Shown: in pieces, positions 24,296 through 38,082 of the stretch | Layout of the letters: each line of letters starts with the position of its first letter | Position numbering within the stretch: the first letter of the stretch is position 1 | Assembly (NCBI RefSeq): GCF_018350175.1 | Contig: NC_058368.1 | Span: forward strand, 230,208,001-230,272,000 | DNA: 64,000 nt | From: Felis catus | Lineage: Eukaryota | Direction of reading: 5' to 3' | The notes under the pieces: model-generated | Database searches by the model: none | What the model saw: only the letters and a program-made list of their open reading frames with translations | Told to the model about the DNA's origin: nothing | Program-made: the position numbers and the translations under genes

Positions 24296-26144
24296 AAATT
24301 CACATTTTCCTATGTTATCCGTAAGGTAAAATACTGGCATTTCTGTTGTCTACTCTCTGACACAAAGTACTGTCTTAACTTCCAAATTAGGACAAAAAGA
24401 AAGTTGTTGCTGTCAGTGGTGATGGGGGCGTGGGAGGTGTGTGTGTTTTTGTCCAGTGACTCTGGGTAAAGTGACATTTTAGACAACAATCAAGTCATTT
24501 CTCAGGATAGTGCATTAATTACATACAATTCTAATTTTGAGGGAATTTGATTTTTTGGTATTTTCTTATATTTTGAAGGTCAAAAAAGAAGAAAGGGAGT
24601 GTGATTTTTTTTATTCTCGTTTTGACTTTCAGCCTGTTTGAAAAAAAATTAAACCACCCTTACTTACATTATACTATTATTTTTTAACTCTTTATACAAT
24701 AAAACAGGAGAATATGTCTTCCCTGACTCTAGCAGAATCAGTTTATTATATTTTATACTGTGTTCCAACATTTTACTTCTTTTTGTATTTTCTTATATTA
24801 ACTCATAATAGAAAAAAAAAAGTCACTTTACATTCCAGTAGTGAAAATACCAACTACAAATAAAAGAAAACAAAACTAACTATAAATAAAAGAAACTACA
24901 AATAAAAGAAAACAAAAATTACATTCGTTTCTCTGGTTATTTCATTCTGGATAGCGGGGGTAAGTGGAGAGAATCTCTAGTCCTGTTAGGGTATCATTTT
25001 CCCCTATGCTGATAATGACCTGCACTTTGAAGGGGGTGATAACCCATTTTCTGGATTCCTATCATTTCACTTCTGTAATGCTCTTGGAATCCATACAAAA
25101 TGTCAAGGTCTAGTTTCTGTGTTTCCTATGAGAAGGGCTCATTAGAGTAATTCATCAGGGGCTTGTATGACTTAGAAATGGGTCCAATAAGGACTAAACC
25201 AACACCACCAACTGATTTCATTTAGACCATTAAGCACATTAGGTGATGAAGATTTTGTCAGCTCCTCTCTAGCCAGATTAAACCAACAAATTAAAAATGA
25301 AGGATGTCCTCACTGCCTGTGAATTTCCTGAGCTTCTTCATCAAGGCTCCCTCTGGAGTCCTCATATGCCCTATTGCCTTAAACCAACATGTAGGCATCA
25401 GAAGTCGAACAGGGACATGCTAATGACAACTGCCCCTGATGAGTTCTGATTTATCTGTGTATAATTGTCCCAATTAGAAATCACTAGGAGCACATCATAG
25501 AACATTTATAAGTGAAAAGTGTTTCATTTCATAGGAAGCTTGAGTGAGTGAAATATGATAATGGGATTAAGAAGAGGAAAATTAGTTTGTTCAAATCTAT
25601 AGGATGAACAGAATTTAACAATTAAAAAAAAAAAGATTATTATATAGTGGCCTAAGATGTAGTGCTACTTGAAAAGGACAGATTTTCCATAGGGATGTCA
25701 ACATCGCCCTCACTCCTACCCCCACAGAGAAATAATCTTGCCCACTCTGGACTTCTCTTGAATCAAGATATATACTGAGCTTAAGGAAAAAAAATGGTAA
25801 TTTCTAAATTTTGGTGTATAAAAACATAAAGCTTCGTTGTTTTTATAAAAAGATTTGTCATGGTGCACCATGAAAAAATATGTGCTTTGATCATTTCATC
25901 TATAGGGTAACTGATAGCTTAGCAGCAGATTAGTGAACGTTCTTATTCCAATTGGGGTTGTACAAATCAAAACACTCACTCAGTGGGTGACTGACTTATT
26001 CCACTGATGTTTTATGATAGAAGTATAGTAAAAGAGTGTAGTCCCTTTTCGTCACGATGCAACTCTGAAGAAGAGAAAATTCAGTGAAACAAGAGGACAC
26101 TCCGAATATGAAGTTGAAGGTCCTGACTTGTACTAACTGTGCTG

Positions 26145-26560
26145 ATCTTCATTCATGAACAAATGTGTAGTGAATACCAGGCAAAGAGCTTTATGCTGAG
26201 GAATACAGAGATGAATACTGTTTGGTTTCTTGTCCTTAAAGAGGTCATCATCTAGCAAAGTATTAAAGACAAGTCATTGTGGTGTGTTTTGACAAGTGAT
26301 AAGGCTGCTCTGGGCTCTCAGATGATACAGAGCCTCAATCAGCTGGGACATCTAAAGCATGTGGCTGAGGCTGGGTCCTCAAAGTGGGTTAAGGAGGTCC
26401 TTATAGACCAAGAAGATTCTGGAGAGGAACCTGGGTGTGATCTCACAGGCAGTGGGAAACCACTGAAAGCTTTCGAACTACTGGTTTCCATGATCAGTTT
26501 TCTGCTTTAGGATGTTGACTTCAGTGACATGGTGGGTAATTGATAGGAAGAAGAAAAGAC
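26145..26560 (-). mobile_element. L2 fragment
   Basis: ttcattcatgaacaaatgtgtagtgaatacc…cagtgggaaaccactgaaagcttt…atgatcag. Confidence 0.6.
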
Positions 26561-26837
26561 TGCAGGCAGAGGAGAGAAGCAGTTGGGTGGAGTGAATTGG
26601 AGGAGAGACAGGGAAGGATTGGTTGATACTCTGTGCCTAGGACCTTAATGTCTATTTTCATTTAATCTCCACAATCTCAATCTGTGGTAACTCATGTTTA
26701 GAGCCGGTTATATAATCTGCAACACTCAAGTTCAAAATGAAAATATGGAGTTTGTTGTTTAAAAACCAGGGAGTGGAATGCCATTAAAGTACTAAAAAGA
26801 TACTAAAGCTTTTTCGTAACACATACACTCACGAGGA

Positions 26838-26840
<3 letters not shown>

Positions 26841-26874
<34 letters not shown>
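26841..26874. repeat. (TC)17 microsatellite
   Basis: Read directly. Confidence 0.95.
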
Positions 26875-26876
<2 letters not shown>

Positions 26877-27208
26877 TGTCATGATGTTTTTGTATTTACT
26901 ATTTAATGTTCTTCTAAATAAAGAAATTAAAATTTTAAACTATTAGCATGAATTTTACCATTTATCTTTGTATTGTGCTTGCCAGATTTAAATGCAAATA
27001 TAGGAGCGCTTAATTTATATGTTAAATTACTGAAATGATACAATTCATATTTCATAGCCCATACACACATACATATTTTGTTCTTGGAAGATCAGAGGAA
27101 ACACTGTGCAATTTACCTCAACCATTTTTATTTCACTTCTCAATATGCACATATTCTATCAACATTCTCTTACTAAAGAGTAAGGAAGGACTGAATGGAA
27201 ATAGAACT

Positions 27209-27433
27209 GGGGGCACCTGGGTGGTTCAGCCATTAAGCATCCAACACTTGATTTCAGCTCAAGTCACGATCAGTTCATGAGATCGAGCCCCATGTCGGGC
27301 TCTGAGCTGATAATGCAGAGCCTGTTCGGGATTCTCTCTCTATCTCTCCCTCTCTCTCTGCCCACCCGCCCCCCCCCCCAACATGCTTGCTCTCTCTCTC
27401 TCTCAAAATAAATAAATAACATTTAAAAAAAAA
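27209..27433 (+). mobile_element. Can-SINE inside MER45
   Basis: TSD GGAAATAGAAC at 27197-27207 and 27434-27444. Confidence 0.93.
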
Positions 27434-28034
27434 GGAAATAGAACAGTGGATTGTCATATCTTTTCCTTTCCTTCTAGGTCATCATGTTCAGCATAAGTAG
27501 TTGGCAGACACAGGAGAGTAACATGAGTAAGAAAGAATATGATAGGGTGCCTTGATTGCTCGTGGTTCTTAGAACATCATTGCCTTCTTCTTTCAAAGCA
27601 AGTTCTGGTTCAAAGGGTAAGCATGGCCTTTTGGGGGCAGTCAGCAAGCACTCCTGCTTACTCAGTCATAAACATAACATGTTTACCTGGTACTCGCCTT
27701 GAGTCTTGCTCAGCTCCCACAACACATCATGGCTCCAACAGGGCACTGCACGCATTCTGTGAATGAGGCAGGACAGAACAGAATTACACATACATTGTGC
27801 ATATCCACATCCTCATGCCTATGCTCCAGTGTCTTGTTGGATTCCACTTGCAAAACACAAGTTCAAAGATGGGGGCCCTCTGAGTGTGACACAGTTGTAA
27901 TTTGAGACAACTGCAAGGTTTCTAGCCCATGGAGCCCACCCTGGTAGTATTATCTCAGTACCCAGGAGGAGACTGAGGTTCCAGAAGCATGCGACTTTGC
28001 ATGTTCCCCTCGGGCTGTGGGGCTTTGGTGGTGG

Positions 28035-28720
28035 GAACTAAAAAGAATGGTGTGGCAGGCTTTATTCAAGGGGGGCCTTGAATACAGTGGGGTTTTTCAG
28101 TGAGGGAGAAAGATTGGGCCCAACTCCAAATATTACAAGGAAAAACGGGAATTTAAAGCCAAGGACCAGGGTGGGGGTCAATGGATGGGAAGTTACTCAG
28201 AGGAACCATCAAGAGTAAGGATGGGGGGTGCACCTAGGTGGCTCAGTGGATTGAGCATCTGACTCTTGATTTCAGCTCAGATCATGATCTCATGTTCATG
28301 AGATCAAGCCTGGTGTCGGCCTCTGCCCTGACAGCACAGAACCTGCTTGAGATTCTCTTTCTCCCTCTCTCTCTCTGCCTCTCTCTCTCCCTCTCTCTCT
28401 CTCAAATAAATAAACTTAAAAAAAAAAAAGGAGTAAGGAAGGGTGGTGGGATTCTGGCTAAACTGACCTACCAAGATTCATGCTAAAGACCAGGAAGGTG
28501 AGCAGACGTCACCTGGGGGGATGATAGAGGATGAAGAACCCAATGAGATATGCAGGGTCCTCAGACATCAAGTGGGGGGGATTCTAGCTATCCTGGCTCA
28601 GAAGGATCCTTGTTAGAACTAGACTCTGCCAGGAAGGTCGTGAGAGCCCAAGATTGGGCCTCATCAAAAAAAGAGCTCGCAGGAGCCTAGCCAAAGTTTG
28701 ATCAAGGAGAGAACCTTGTG
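28035..28720 (-). mobile_element. ERV1 solo LTR (MER31-like), interrupted by a SINE
   Basis: Antisense AATAAA (tttatt near 28061), gggattctggctaaactgaccta and aaagtttgatcaaggagagaaccttgt match the recalled MER31 consensus. Confidence 0.75.
28223..28429 (+). mobile_element. Can-SINE inside the MER31-like LTR
   Basis: TSD GAGTAAGGA. Confidence 0.9.
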
Positions 28721-29878
28721 GATGGGAAGTTGACACCTACCCTTCAGTCACTGAGCTCTTTCTAGCACCAGGGGAGAGAACACAAAAAGATCCAACAAGG
28801 CAATGGCAGGGAGTGGTTTTTGAGGCACATTTCCAGTGCAGACCTGATGGGGAGATGCTAAGGATCCCAAACGATGATTCTGGGAAAGATAAGCTTTCAT
28901 ATCTTAAGAATATTAATAGACATTTCAATTCATGGATTTTAAAATGGTTTTATACATCTGGCAGGCAGTACAGTTGTTTAGTGAGCTCTCACATTCAAAT
29001 CCTCATTCTTTCTTCGAAAGAGGACTCGAGACGAATAAAGGCGCCCTGCGATGGTAAGATAGGGAGAAGATGGAAAGGCCGATCCAGCTTTTCAGTTTCA
29101 AACACCAGATATTAAGGGCTGGCTGGAAAGAAGGCAATTTTTAATGTGTGAATTTTTCCCCACCACAATAAATACGGAAAGCCACAGACAGATGTAACCA
29201 AGGCAACCAATTTCCAGGAGTCGGGATAGTGGGTAGGGGGTTGTGGAAGCAGATTGGCACCAGGGTAGCTCCCCTGTGAATTGGCGGGAGGAGCGGGCGT
29301 GTGTCTGCCAGGTGTGAGCCTAACTTGAATAAATATGCTTCCAGAGAGCCAATGAATTGTATCATGTGAGGTCTCTTGGACTCACCTAGAATGCATTAAG
29401 ACTTGTATTTTGCTCTAGGACTGCAAGCCAAAATACCATTTTTAATTTTCCCCAAAAACATATGGCAGTGGAAGTTAATACAGGGGCCTGATGAGCAGGG
29501 AGCTTAGATATAATGGATGAATTTTCATTTGGAAGCAGCACTATTCCTTGCATCTGAATGACAGTGGGCAGTATGATTGGTATATTATGCTCCAGGGATA
29601 ATGCCTTCATTCACAGAACAAAGGAGAAGAGAGCCCAGGGCAGAGTCACTTGAGTTCTACTGAATAAAGAACAAAAAAGATAATCAGAAGTTAGCAGTGG
29701 TTTCTTTTTTTATTTCCTCCCTCTCTCTTTGTTCCTTCCTTCCTTTGTCTTTACTCCACTCTTCTGAATGCCTTTTTAATTCTTCTTTAATTATTGTATA
29801 GAAATAAATAGTATATTGCATATAGAGAAAACAGTTCAGGGGGGAGAAAGAAAAGGCATACCAAACCATACCCCACTG

Positions 29879-30097
29879 TTTTTTAAACTTTTTTTTTAAG
29901 TCTGTTTGTTTTGAAAGAGAGAGAGAGTGCATGCTTGCAGGGGAGGGGCAGAGAGAGAGGGAGAGAGAGACTCCCAAGCAGGCTCTGTGCTGTCCGTGTA
30001 GAGCCTGATGTGAGACTCAGTCTCACTGAGTGTGAGGTCATGACCTGAGCCAAAATTAAAAGTCGGACGTTCAACCAACTGAGCCACCAAGCACTCC
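29879..30097 (-). mobile_element. Can-SINE
   Basis: Antisense body and T-rich tail. Confidence 0.88.
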
Positions 30098-30099
30098 TA

Positions 30100-30298
30100 T
30101 ATTTTAACCTTTTTATTTTGAAATGGTTATAGATTAGTGGGAAGTTACAAAATAAAATACACACAGGCATATCCTATAACTTCTCCCAGTTCCCATCAAT
30201 GGCAACATCAGTGGTGTCGCCATGTGGTACAGAATCACAACCAGGAAACTGACGTTGGTACAACGTCGGCGCTGGCTTTCCCCAGTTGTACACGCACT

Positions 30299-30347
<49 letters not shown>

Positions 30348-30745
30348 AGTTCAGCTCAGTCTTATCAGATAAGTAGCTTTGTGTAACCACCACCACAAGG
30401 ACATGCAGGATGCCTCTAGCACCATAAGGCCTCGTGTTACCCCTTTATAGTCACACCCACTCTCACCCTCCGTCCCGAAGCCCTGGAAACTGCTGATCTA
30501 TCCTCCAGTTCTATAATTTCGTTATTTCAAGAAGGTTATTTATCTTTTTTTATTCAGCCTAATTCCCTTAAGATCCCTCCAAAACGTCATTTGGGACATA
30601 TTATCAATAATCCATTTCTTTTTATTGCCACATACCTCCCTTTGGCGTGGATGTATTAGCATGTTGAATCATTCACCTGTTGCAGAACATTTGGTTGTTT
30701 CTAGTTTGGGGCATTTATGAATGAACTATCAACATTTGTGCACCC
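30100..30745 (-). mobile_element. L1MC-type 3' end, containing (TG)22 at 30301-30344
   Basis: ttttattttgaaatggttatagattagtgggaagttacaaaa…aaccaggaaactgac…catttggttgtttctagtttgggg. Confidence 0.75.
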
Positions 30746-31071
30746 ATTAAACATTTGAACTGAACCTTCAAATGGTTTTTAAAACCACTACTGATCATAA
30801 GGAAGTAAAGACCTATAATGCAATGAGAGTTGTTCATGAACATGACATGATTTCTGCTCCGTAAGGACACTGAAATTGAAATTTATTTTTACAAATCATC
30901 TGTTGCTACTCAAAGACAGAAAAACAAAAGATTCAGACCTCTCTTTTCTGTGAAACAGGCAATGGTTATTCGCATAAATTTCCATTAAATATCTAAGAAG
31001 TGTTAGCTTCACTTATATTAATGAAATCATTTCACTCTCAGTCAAGTTCAGTACTCAGGGTTTGACATATC

Positions 31072-31619
31072 TGTAATAGACACACAGTTATGAAGCAAGA
31101 ACAGATGAAAGCAAAGCAAAGCAGGGAGTTTCAGAGGAACAGAAGAGTGAGGGACACCCCTGAACACGATCTCACACATGAGCCCAAGAAGCTAGGAAAA
31201 TATAAACTTGACCCCTCCTTTTGTCCAGAGATGTCTCCAAGGTTAAAGTGCTCCCTTCACTGAGCAGACCCTAACAACAGGGATAATTCTGGAAGAATGA
31301 CTGCAAAAGACTAATACTTGGAACATCTGAGAACCTTCAGATAGGTACCACCTCTGTCAGCAGACAAACTTACTACTCTTCTCCTGCCTGAGAAATCACT
31401 TATGAATGATCAGACTGCAAAACGCAGTGAGCTCTCTATTCACCCTCGATATTCATGAGTGAAGCCATCAGGCTCACCAAAGATCTAACCCTGCGTTGCA
31501 AGGGACCCCAAAGGAGATTGTGAATATCATGATGTATAATGCAGGAGTCTACACTTAGCACAGAAACGGCATAAACCACTCAGTTTCTGGTGGTTTGGAA
31601 GGCATTTCGAAATATTACA
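31072..31619. mobile_element. Possible ancient solo LTR, family not recognised
   Basis: Terminal inverted TGTAATA…TATTACA; flanks ATATC/AGATC; 548 bp. Confidence 0.45.
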
Positions 31620-33334
31620 AGATCTCAGAATTAATTCATTAACAGTATCCCTGGTCATCTGCAATTGCAATTTACTACATTCTGATTGATGGAATGCTCA
31701 CTGACAAAAATATTATGATAATTTTATTGTCTAATGTGGCTGGCATTCAGAAATTTTGCTTCAACAACTGTAAAATTCTGATGCATTCGCATAAGCATTT
31801 AAAAAAATACCCAGCTCATGCATGAGAAATCTCCCAGAAAACTACAAAGGGAGCTATGACGTGAGAATTTTCTAGTTTATAATTTAACATTTGTTCCTCC
31901 TTCTGATATTGAATTTTATGCACAATGTGCCTCTTGTAATATAACTACAACCGATGGCAAAACTAGAAAAGCATTTGAAGAAGAGAAACTTGAAAATATG
32001 TGTTTCCCATGGTAAGACCTTGACTTTGTGTAGATAGTGCCTTTAAGGTATTGAGCCAAGGGCTAATTCTTTGTCGTTGCTAGAAACTGGAGTCTGTATT
32101 TTGAAGGAATTAAAACAAACCAGAATTCATGTTCATTTCCTGTTGTTCAGCTCTGGCTGGCCAGCGCACAACCCTGACATTGTTGTGGTACTCCGAGATA
32201 AACATTGCAGCCGTGTGTATCCAGGCTACGGCATGGGAGCCATTTTGCGGTATCAGTTTCTTAGATAATTTGTCAGTCAAGAGCTCCATCCAAATTAACT
32301 TAGGAATATGAATTTCCCTTGCCTCAAAATAAAAGAAATTAATAATAGCAATGTGGGTCTGATTTATTTTCTTCCAAGGTTTTGAAAATAAGTTTTTTAC
32401 TACGGGAAGAACAGTAGTGGTTGCCAGCAGAGGCATTTTGTGCTGGACCGATGGGAAAACTTACAGCTTAAAAGTGAGTCCTCTTTCTTTGGAAATCACA
32501 GACTGCCTCTTTTTCTCCACAGCTTTAGTGTAGAAAAAAAGAAAAGATGGGCAATGTTAATTCTACAAAGGCTATATATAACGTATTGGTGAGATGGTAT
32601 TTATTGGCCCCCAGCGTGGACAACTTGAATTGCATATGGTGGAACTTTCAATTCTATTAGTTGGCTGTGCTCTCTCAGCCTTCTGTTCTGCATGTGATAG
32701 TGAGAGCTTACTTTAAAAAAAAAAAATAATGCCTTCTGTGTTCCCCCACTGTTTTGTGGGTTTTACATACATTGGTTTTCTAAAGATCCCTCTGGGAAAT
32801 TCTAGTAAATCTCCATTTTATAAATGGGGAAACTGATGTTTAGAGAGATTAAGTGGTTTGGTAAAGGCCCTACGGTCCTGTGTGCAGTAGTGCCTTGAAC
32901 ACACCTTCTCATGCAATGACTCTCCGAGCTTTGCACACTTGCTTCCCACACCTCTAGCGGACTGCAACGTTCTAGTGAGCCGCGCTGCGTCTCTCTGTTC
33001 TGTATGCCCAAAGCCACCATGAGCGCTCACCACGGGTTTGTGCTGACTTTGTTTCCATTTTCTCCAGGACTGGCTGTCACCAACAGGCTAGGCACGACAC
33101 CACCATGCCTGGGATTTTCTTAATGTCCATTGTTCTCACGTCCCCACGTCTGTCCCCATTTTAACCCTCCCACAACAGACCACAGTGGGCTCCAAAGGAT
33201 GAAATAGAGTAGGTCATAACCTACAGGCCATGTAAACCATTTTAGCCGTGTGTAATAGAATAAGAAGCAATTCCGTCCTTGCTCAGGTAGTGCCAGGCGC
33301 CGATCTACTGAAAATACATCACTTGATATAAACT

Positions 33335-33480
33335 AATTTATTTCACCCACAAAATGTCTGCACTTCTGCCCAGAGAGTTTAAGTCACTTGCCCAAAGTGT
33401 CCTAGACTGAAAGCAGCGAAGCTGGGCTCCCGTCTCTGGGAGTCTGTCTTGTGAGTCCACACCCTTGGCCACTACACATG
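33335..33480 (-). mobile_element. MIR fragment
   Basis: gcccagagagtttaagtcacttgcccaaagt core. Confidence 0.65.
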
Positions 33481-34945
33481 GCCCCCTGGTTCGGGAGCTT
33501 TGCGGTCCTCCAGCTAGGTGGTGTAGCCCTGCGAACATTTTTATAATAGCTGTAAAATTATATTTCTAATGAGAAGAGGTAGAGCGGGAAGAGGATGTAT
33601 GATCGAAGGAAGAAAGAAACATGCCAGTTGCATGGCGGAGAGATCAGGACACTCATTTGGGAATATATCGCAGATGAACGTAGAGACCACAAGGCAGTAG
33701 AAGGACGGAAAAACAGCTCCACAGGAAGGTCTGGGGGGAGCAGGGTTCCTCGCATATCCAAACAAATATGGTCTGGGTACAGTGCACTAAACAGCTGCCT
33801 ACCTCTCAGCTCCACGGGCTGCCGCTTCTCACCATTTTTAGTGAATATGTCACATTTGCACATATTTGGGACTTTTGACCCAGGTCATTTTATCTTGCAA
33901 CCAATACACATTCTTGTGAGGTGGCTGCATGCAAGACCATATGCTAAGAAGTATTTTATGGTAGAGTACAATTTTAGGTCATACTGACATCGTAAATATA
34001 AGGGCCTTTGTTCCCGTAGGCGAAGATCCAACATCAGTTCTGCAAACCTTTATTTCACAACAGTTTCTCTGGCTTATGTTTTAGGTACATTGCTTAACTT
34101 GAAAGCAAACTAACAAAAAGAAAAAAAGGAAAAAAAAAACCCTCATAGTTCCTTGCCTTTATTTCATTTTGAGTCATATTGTGAGCAATAACGCATCACA
34201 CGATACAGTGTAGGGATTGATGCTCTGGGCATCAGAAAGCTGAAAAAGAAAATAAGGAAATATATTTGTGCAGCTTCATGACAGACAGAGTAGCTATAGT
34301 AATGGCTTGCTTTGTGTCTTTTCCTGACATTAAGCAAACTCTCTGAACTTTCATATTATATATATTAGAAGTGGCCTGGAGGTGGGTAAGGATCCTATCA
34401 TGCTGGAAATGATGAGGGTGAAAATCACTTCTCTAGGAGCTCAAAGGTTATTCTTTGGTTTCAACTAGTTTTTCCCCAACATCATGCCCGCAGAACTTGA
34501 AAGTTATTGGTTACCTACTTGAAATGTTTAAGCTTATATCAAGACATAGCCGAAGTGATCCTGTCATTTTTATCACATAGAAAATAGAGACAAATAGTAA
34601 TTACATCTCTAAAACCATTCTTTTCCTCTATTATTTGGACTTACATATTTCATATTTTTTTGCATTATTTGAATTTCAACTACGAGTGATTTATCAACAA
34701 TGAGAATATTATGTAGAACTGGGTCACCAAGATTTATCTAAGCATTTAAGGAGACATTTCTAGATGTAAGAATAATGATGTTTTCCTAGTCCAAGTAACA
34801 AAGGCATTCCTAAGTTAATGTTAAGATTTTCCCTCATTTTTCATGAAATAAAACATTAAGAATAAAAGAGAAATTCCCTTTTAACCCACCTCAGACATTT
34901 CTCTCTGTTCCTCAGAGGCTACCACCGTCATGAAATTCAGTGTAC

Positions 34946-35162
34946 GAGGCCACCTGGGTGGCTCAGTCGGTTAAGGAACTGACTTTTGATTTCAGCTCAG
35001 GTCATGATCTCACAGTCATGAGATCAAGCCCCGTGTCATGCTCCATGCTGAGCATGGGGTCTGCTTGGAATTCTCTCTCCCTCCCTTTGACACTTCCCTG
35101 CTTACACACATTCTGTCTCTAAAATAAAAAAAATATACATATATTTTTTTTTATCTTAAAAA
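34946..35162 (+). mobile_element. Can-SINE inside an old antisense L1ME
   Basis: TSD gaaattcagtgta / gaaattcggtgta. Confidence 0.9.
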
Positions 35163-35329
35163 GAAATTCGGTGTATCTTTTTAATCTATGTTTATATGAT
35201 TTCACTCAATAGATAGACAGACATATAGTTGAAAAACTAGCTTAAACCAAAGAATAGCCTTTGTGTATATACGTGTGTGTATACATATATGTATATGTAT
35301 TTATACACAATATCATTTAATCAACGTTT

Positions 35330-36140
35330 TTAAAATTCACATAATTGGGATCATGTAATACACATGTGAAATTTGCATTTCCCACTCTATATTTTACACT
35401 TGAGAACTACCTAGGTTGCTTCATTGTGTATTTGGCTAATTTATTTTAACTGCTGAGTAGTGTTGATTCCATATATGCGTTCTCTGTGTATGCAATCATG
35501 TTATTTACACTTCCCCATTCCCTATTACTGATCCCTTAGGTTATTTCCATTGTTTTGGTACTGCTGACCTCTAGGCGTGAACAGTCTCGTAGAGGTGTTC
35601 CGGGCATAGGTGCTCAGATTTCCCTGGAAGTTCTACCTAAAAGCAGACTTACTGAGTGATTAGGCATCTGCATATAGGACATGACCAAGTATTGCCTCAT
35701 TGCTCACCGAGGTGACTGGTTTATTCTCCCATGCAACGTTATGAGAGTTCTTGTTCCCCATCTTCTCTCCAGCACATGATATTGTCAGACTGTCTAATTG
35801 TTTGACAGCCTGTGGAGTGTAAAGAATTGCCTGTGTTTGGTTTTTATTCTTTCAATTGCTAATAGGCTTGAGTATCTTTTAATATGTTCAGTAACCATAC
35901 ATTCTAGATTTTTTTCTACTGTGCATCAGCTATATGTATACATATTGACCTTGCTTTTGTTTGACCTTTTTAATCTTTATCTTAAAATGATTTGTAGGAG
36001 TCATTTTAATATTTGTAAGTTATCTGAGCTGCCAATATCTTCTCCCAGGGCATGGCGTGTTTTTTCAACTTAGTTTACGGTTTTATGTTTATGTTTTTGC
36101 TTTTATCACATAGGGGTGTAATTTTGATGTCGCTAAATGT
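35330..36140 (-). mobile_element. Old L1M(E) fragment
   Basis: atgagagttcttgttccccatcttctctccagcacatgatattgtcagac…ggcttgagtatctttt. Confidence 0.65.
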
Positions 36141-36149
36141 GCAAATAGA

Positions 36150-36376
36150 ATGGTAGTTCAGAATGTGGCCTCTAGACCCAGGGTCGTAATTCTCCCTCCA
36201 CTGCTTGCTGGATGTGGGACCATCAGCAAGTTCCTGAACATCTTTTTACCTCAGTTTCATTATCTGTAAAATGGGAAAATAGTACCTGTCTCAAAACTGT
36301 TGTCTTGGAAATTAACTATAAATCAACTAGAATATTGCCTGGTAGAAAGCTAGAGGTATCTAAGTGTTAGCTATTA
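36150..36376 (+). mobile_element. MIR
   Basis: cctcagtttcattatctgtaaaatggga core; ends taagtgttagctatta. Confidence 0.8.
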
Positions 36377-37848
36377 GGAGTTGTGCTTTTAATATATTGT
36401 TTTTAAACTCTTGCCTAGCACTACTGATTTATGGACGTATTTCTGTATACATTTAAAGGTTAAATGTTAGGTCATCTTTGTTACAAATATGTATTTTTCT
36501 CACAATAATTGGGTTCTGGAACTGGTACATAGTTTTATGTTTAAATACATACTGGCTAATCTAAATTATGTCTATATCTTTATTAAATTTAGTTCTTTAC
36601 AGAGTACTTCTATTTGAAAAAAGAGCATTTTGGTAGTGAAAGCAAACTTTAGATTCTAAAATTGAACATGCATGGAAGTTACAAGTGTTTCAGAAATAAC
36701 TTTTATATTATACTAAATTGAATGATATAATTGGGAGAAAGTTCACCATGAATAATATCCAAACACTCGAAGTAAGAATGTGTGAGACGCAGGCATAATC
36801 TGTGTTTATCGGATGAATAAATAGTTTGTTTGCTTTTTTAAAAAAGCATCCACCTAAAAGCAGCTTTTAGGAGAAGAAATCAAGTATATAAGATATACAA
36901 TTGCATAGAATCCCCTAACAGAGAGTCAAGTGAGCACTTAATGGAAATAAAATCCAAACCAGGTCTCTCTTGGGACTTCTATTTTCTGTGATCAGTCATA
37001 CTTTTAATGCATTTTAACTGTGCTAAAGGAATCAGGATTTTAAATGATTGATGCTCTTTATCTGGCGAAAAGGAAGCTTCCTCTGCTTTGAGAGGAATAG
37101 TTTCATATTCACTGCGAACCGCATTCTTTCAAATGTAAGGGGAAAAAAATGTCTCATCGTGTTTCTGTTGCATCATCAAATTGAAACACTTTTGAAAGAG
37201 ATGAACAAAAAGTAAATATTATAGGAAACTCTGATGTGTGGTCTGACACATAAAATCACCCGTTATTGTACATGAGCAGATACATCTCACAGGATGAGTA
37301 AAAGCTGTCACACCACCTTATTTGTGGTAGGGTGACCCAAGACATTTTCTCCCAGCGCTCCACGGCGGAAATGTAAGCTAGAGAAGCAAGAAACACCTTA
37401 CAAACTCAAACACTGCCACATTTCTCTATTACTCATTGTGACATTTATTCAACAGAAACAAACCCCCCTCCGGCTCCAGCGTTTTCACACAACAGTGGTT
37501 TATTTCTCACTCGTGCTGTGCCTTCTCTGGGTTGGCAGAAATCTTCCTCCCTCCTACTCAGGGACCCATCTCAGTGGGGGATTAGGAGAGAGAAAGAGAG
37601 AGAGAGAGCATGAAAATCTCGTGCCTGCCCTTCTGTGCTTGGGGCAGGAAGTGGCACTTGTCCCTTCCTCTCACGTGGCGCCATCTACGTGCAAGGGCGC
37701 ATCAAGTGCGCTCCTCGCTGAGCGTGCGAGGAGAGGCGTGGTGAATGCAATGACTTCTGTTGACTTATTCGTACTGTTTCCGGTGGGAAGCCACTTGAGT
37801 GTGTTTCCCTCCACAACGTTTTATTGTGAGTTAGAAATATGAGCTTTG

Positions 37849-38082
37849 GGGGCGCCTGGGTGGCGCAGTCGGTTAAGCCTCCGACTTCAGCCAGGTCACG
37901 ATCTCGCGGTCCGTGAGTTCGAGCCCCGCGTCGGGCTCTGGGCTGATGGCTCAGAGCCTGGAGCCTGTTTCCGATTCTGTGTCTCCCTCTCTCTCTGCCC
38001 CTGCCCCGTTCATGCTCTGTCTCTCTCTGTCCCAAAAATAAATAAACGTTGAAAAAAAAATTTTTTTTTTAAAATAAAAAAA
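37849..38082 (+). mobile_element. Very young felid Can-SINE
   Basis: CpG-rich body; perfect TSD AGAAATATGAGCTTTG at 37833-37848 and 38083-38098. Confidence 0.96.

Larger units (their letters stand above)
26699..27943 (-). mobile_element. MER45-family (hAT-Tip100) DNA transposon, about 1 kb, containing a SINE
   Basis: Ends gagccggttatataatctgc…caaaatgaaaat and gggccctctgag…cccatggagcccaccctg match recalled MER45 termini. Confidence 0.7.

Noticed and set aside
37849..37930. tRNA gene
   Set aside because: It is the tRNA-derived head of a Can-SINE, followed by a CT linker, A tail and TSD.
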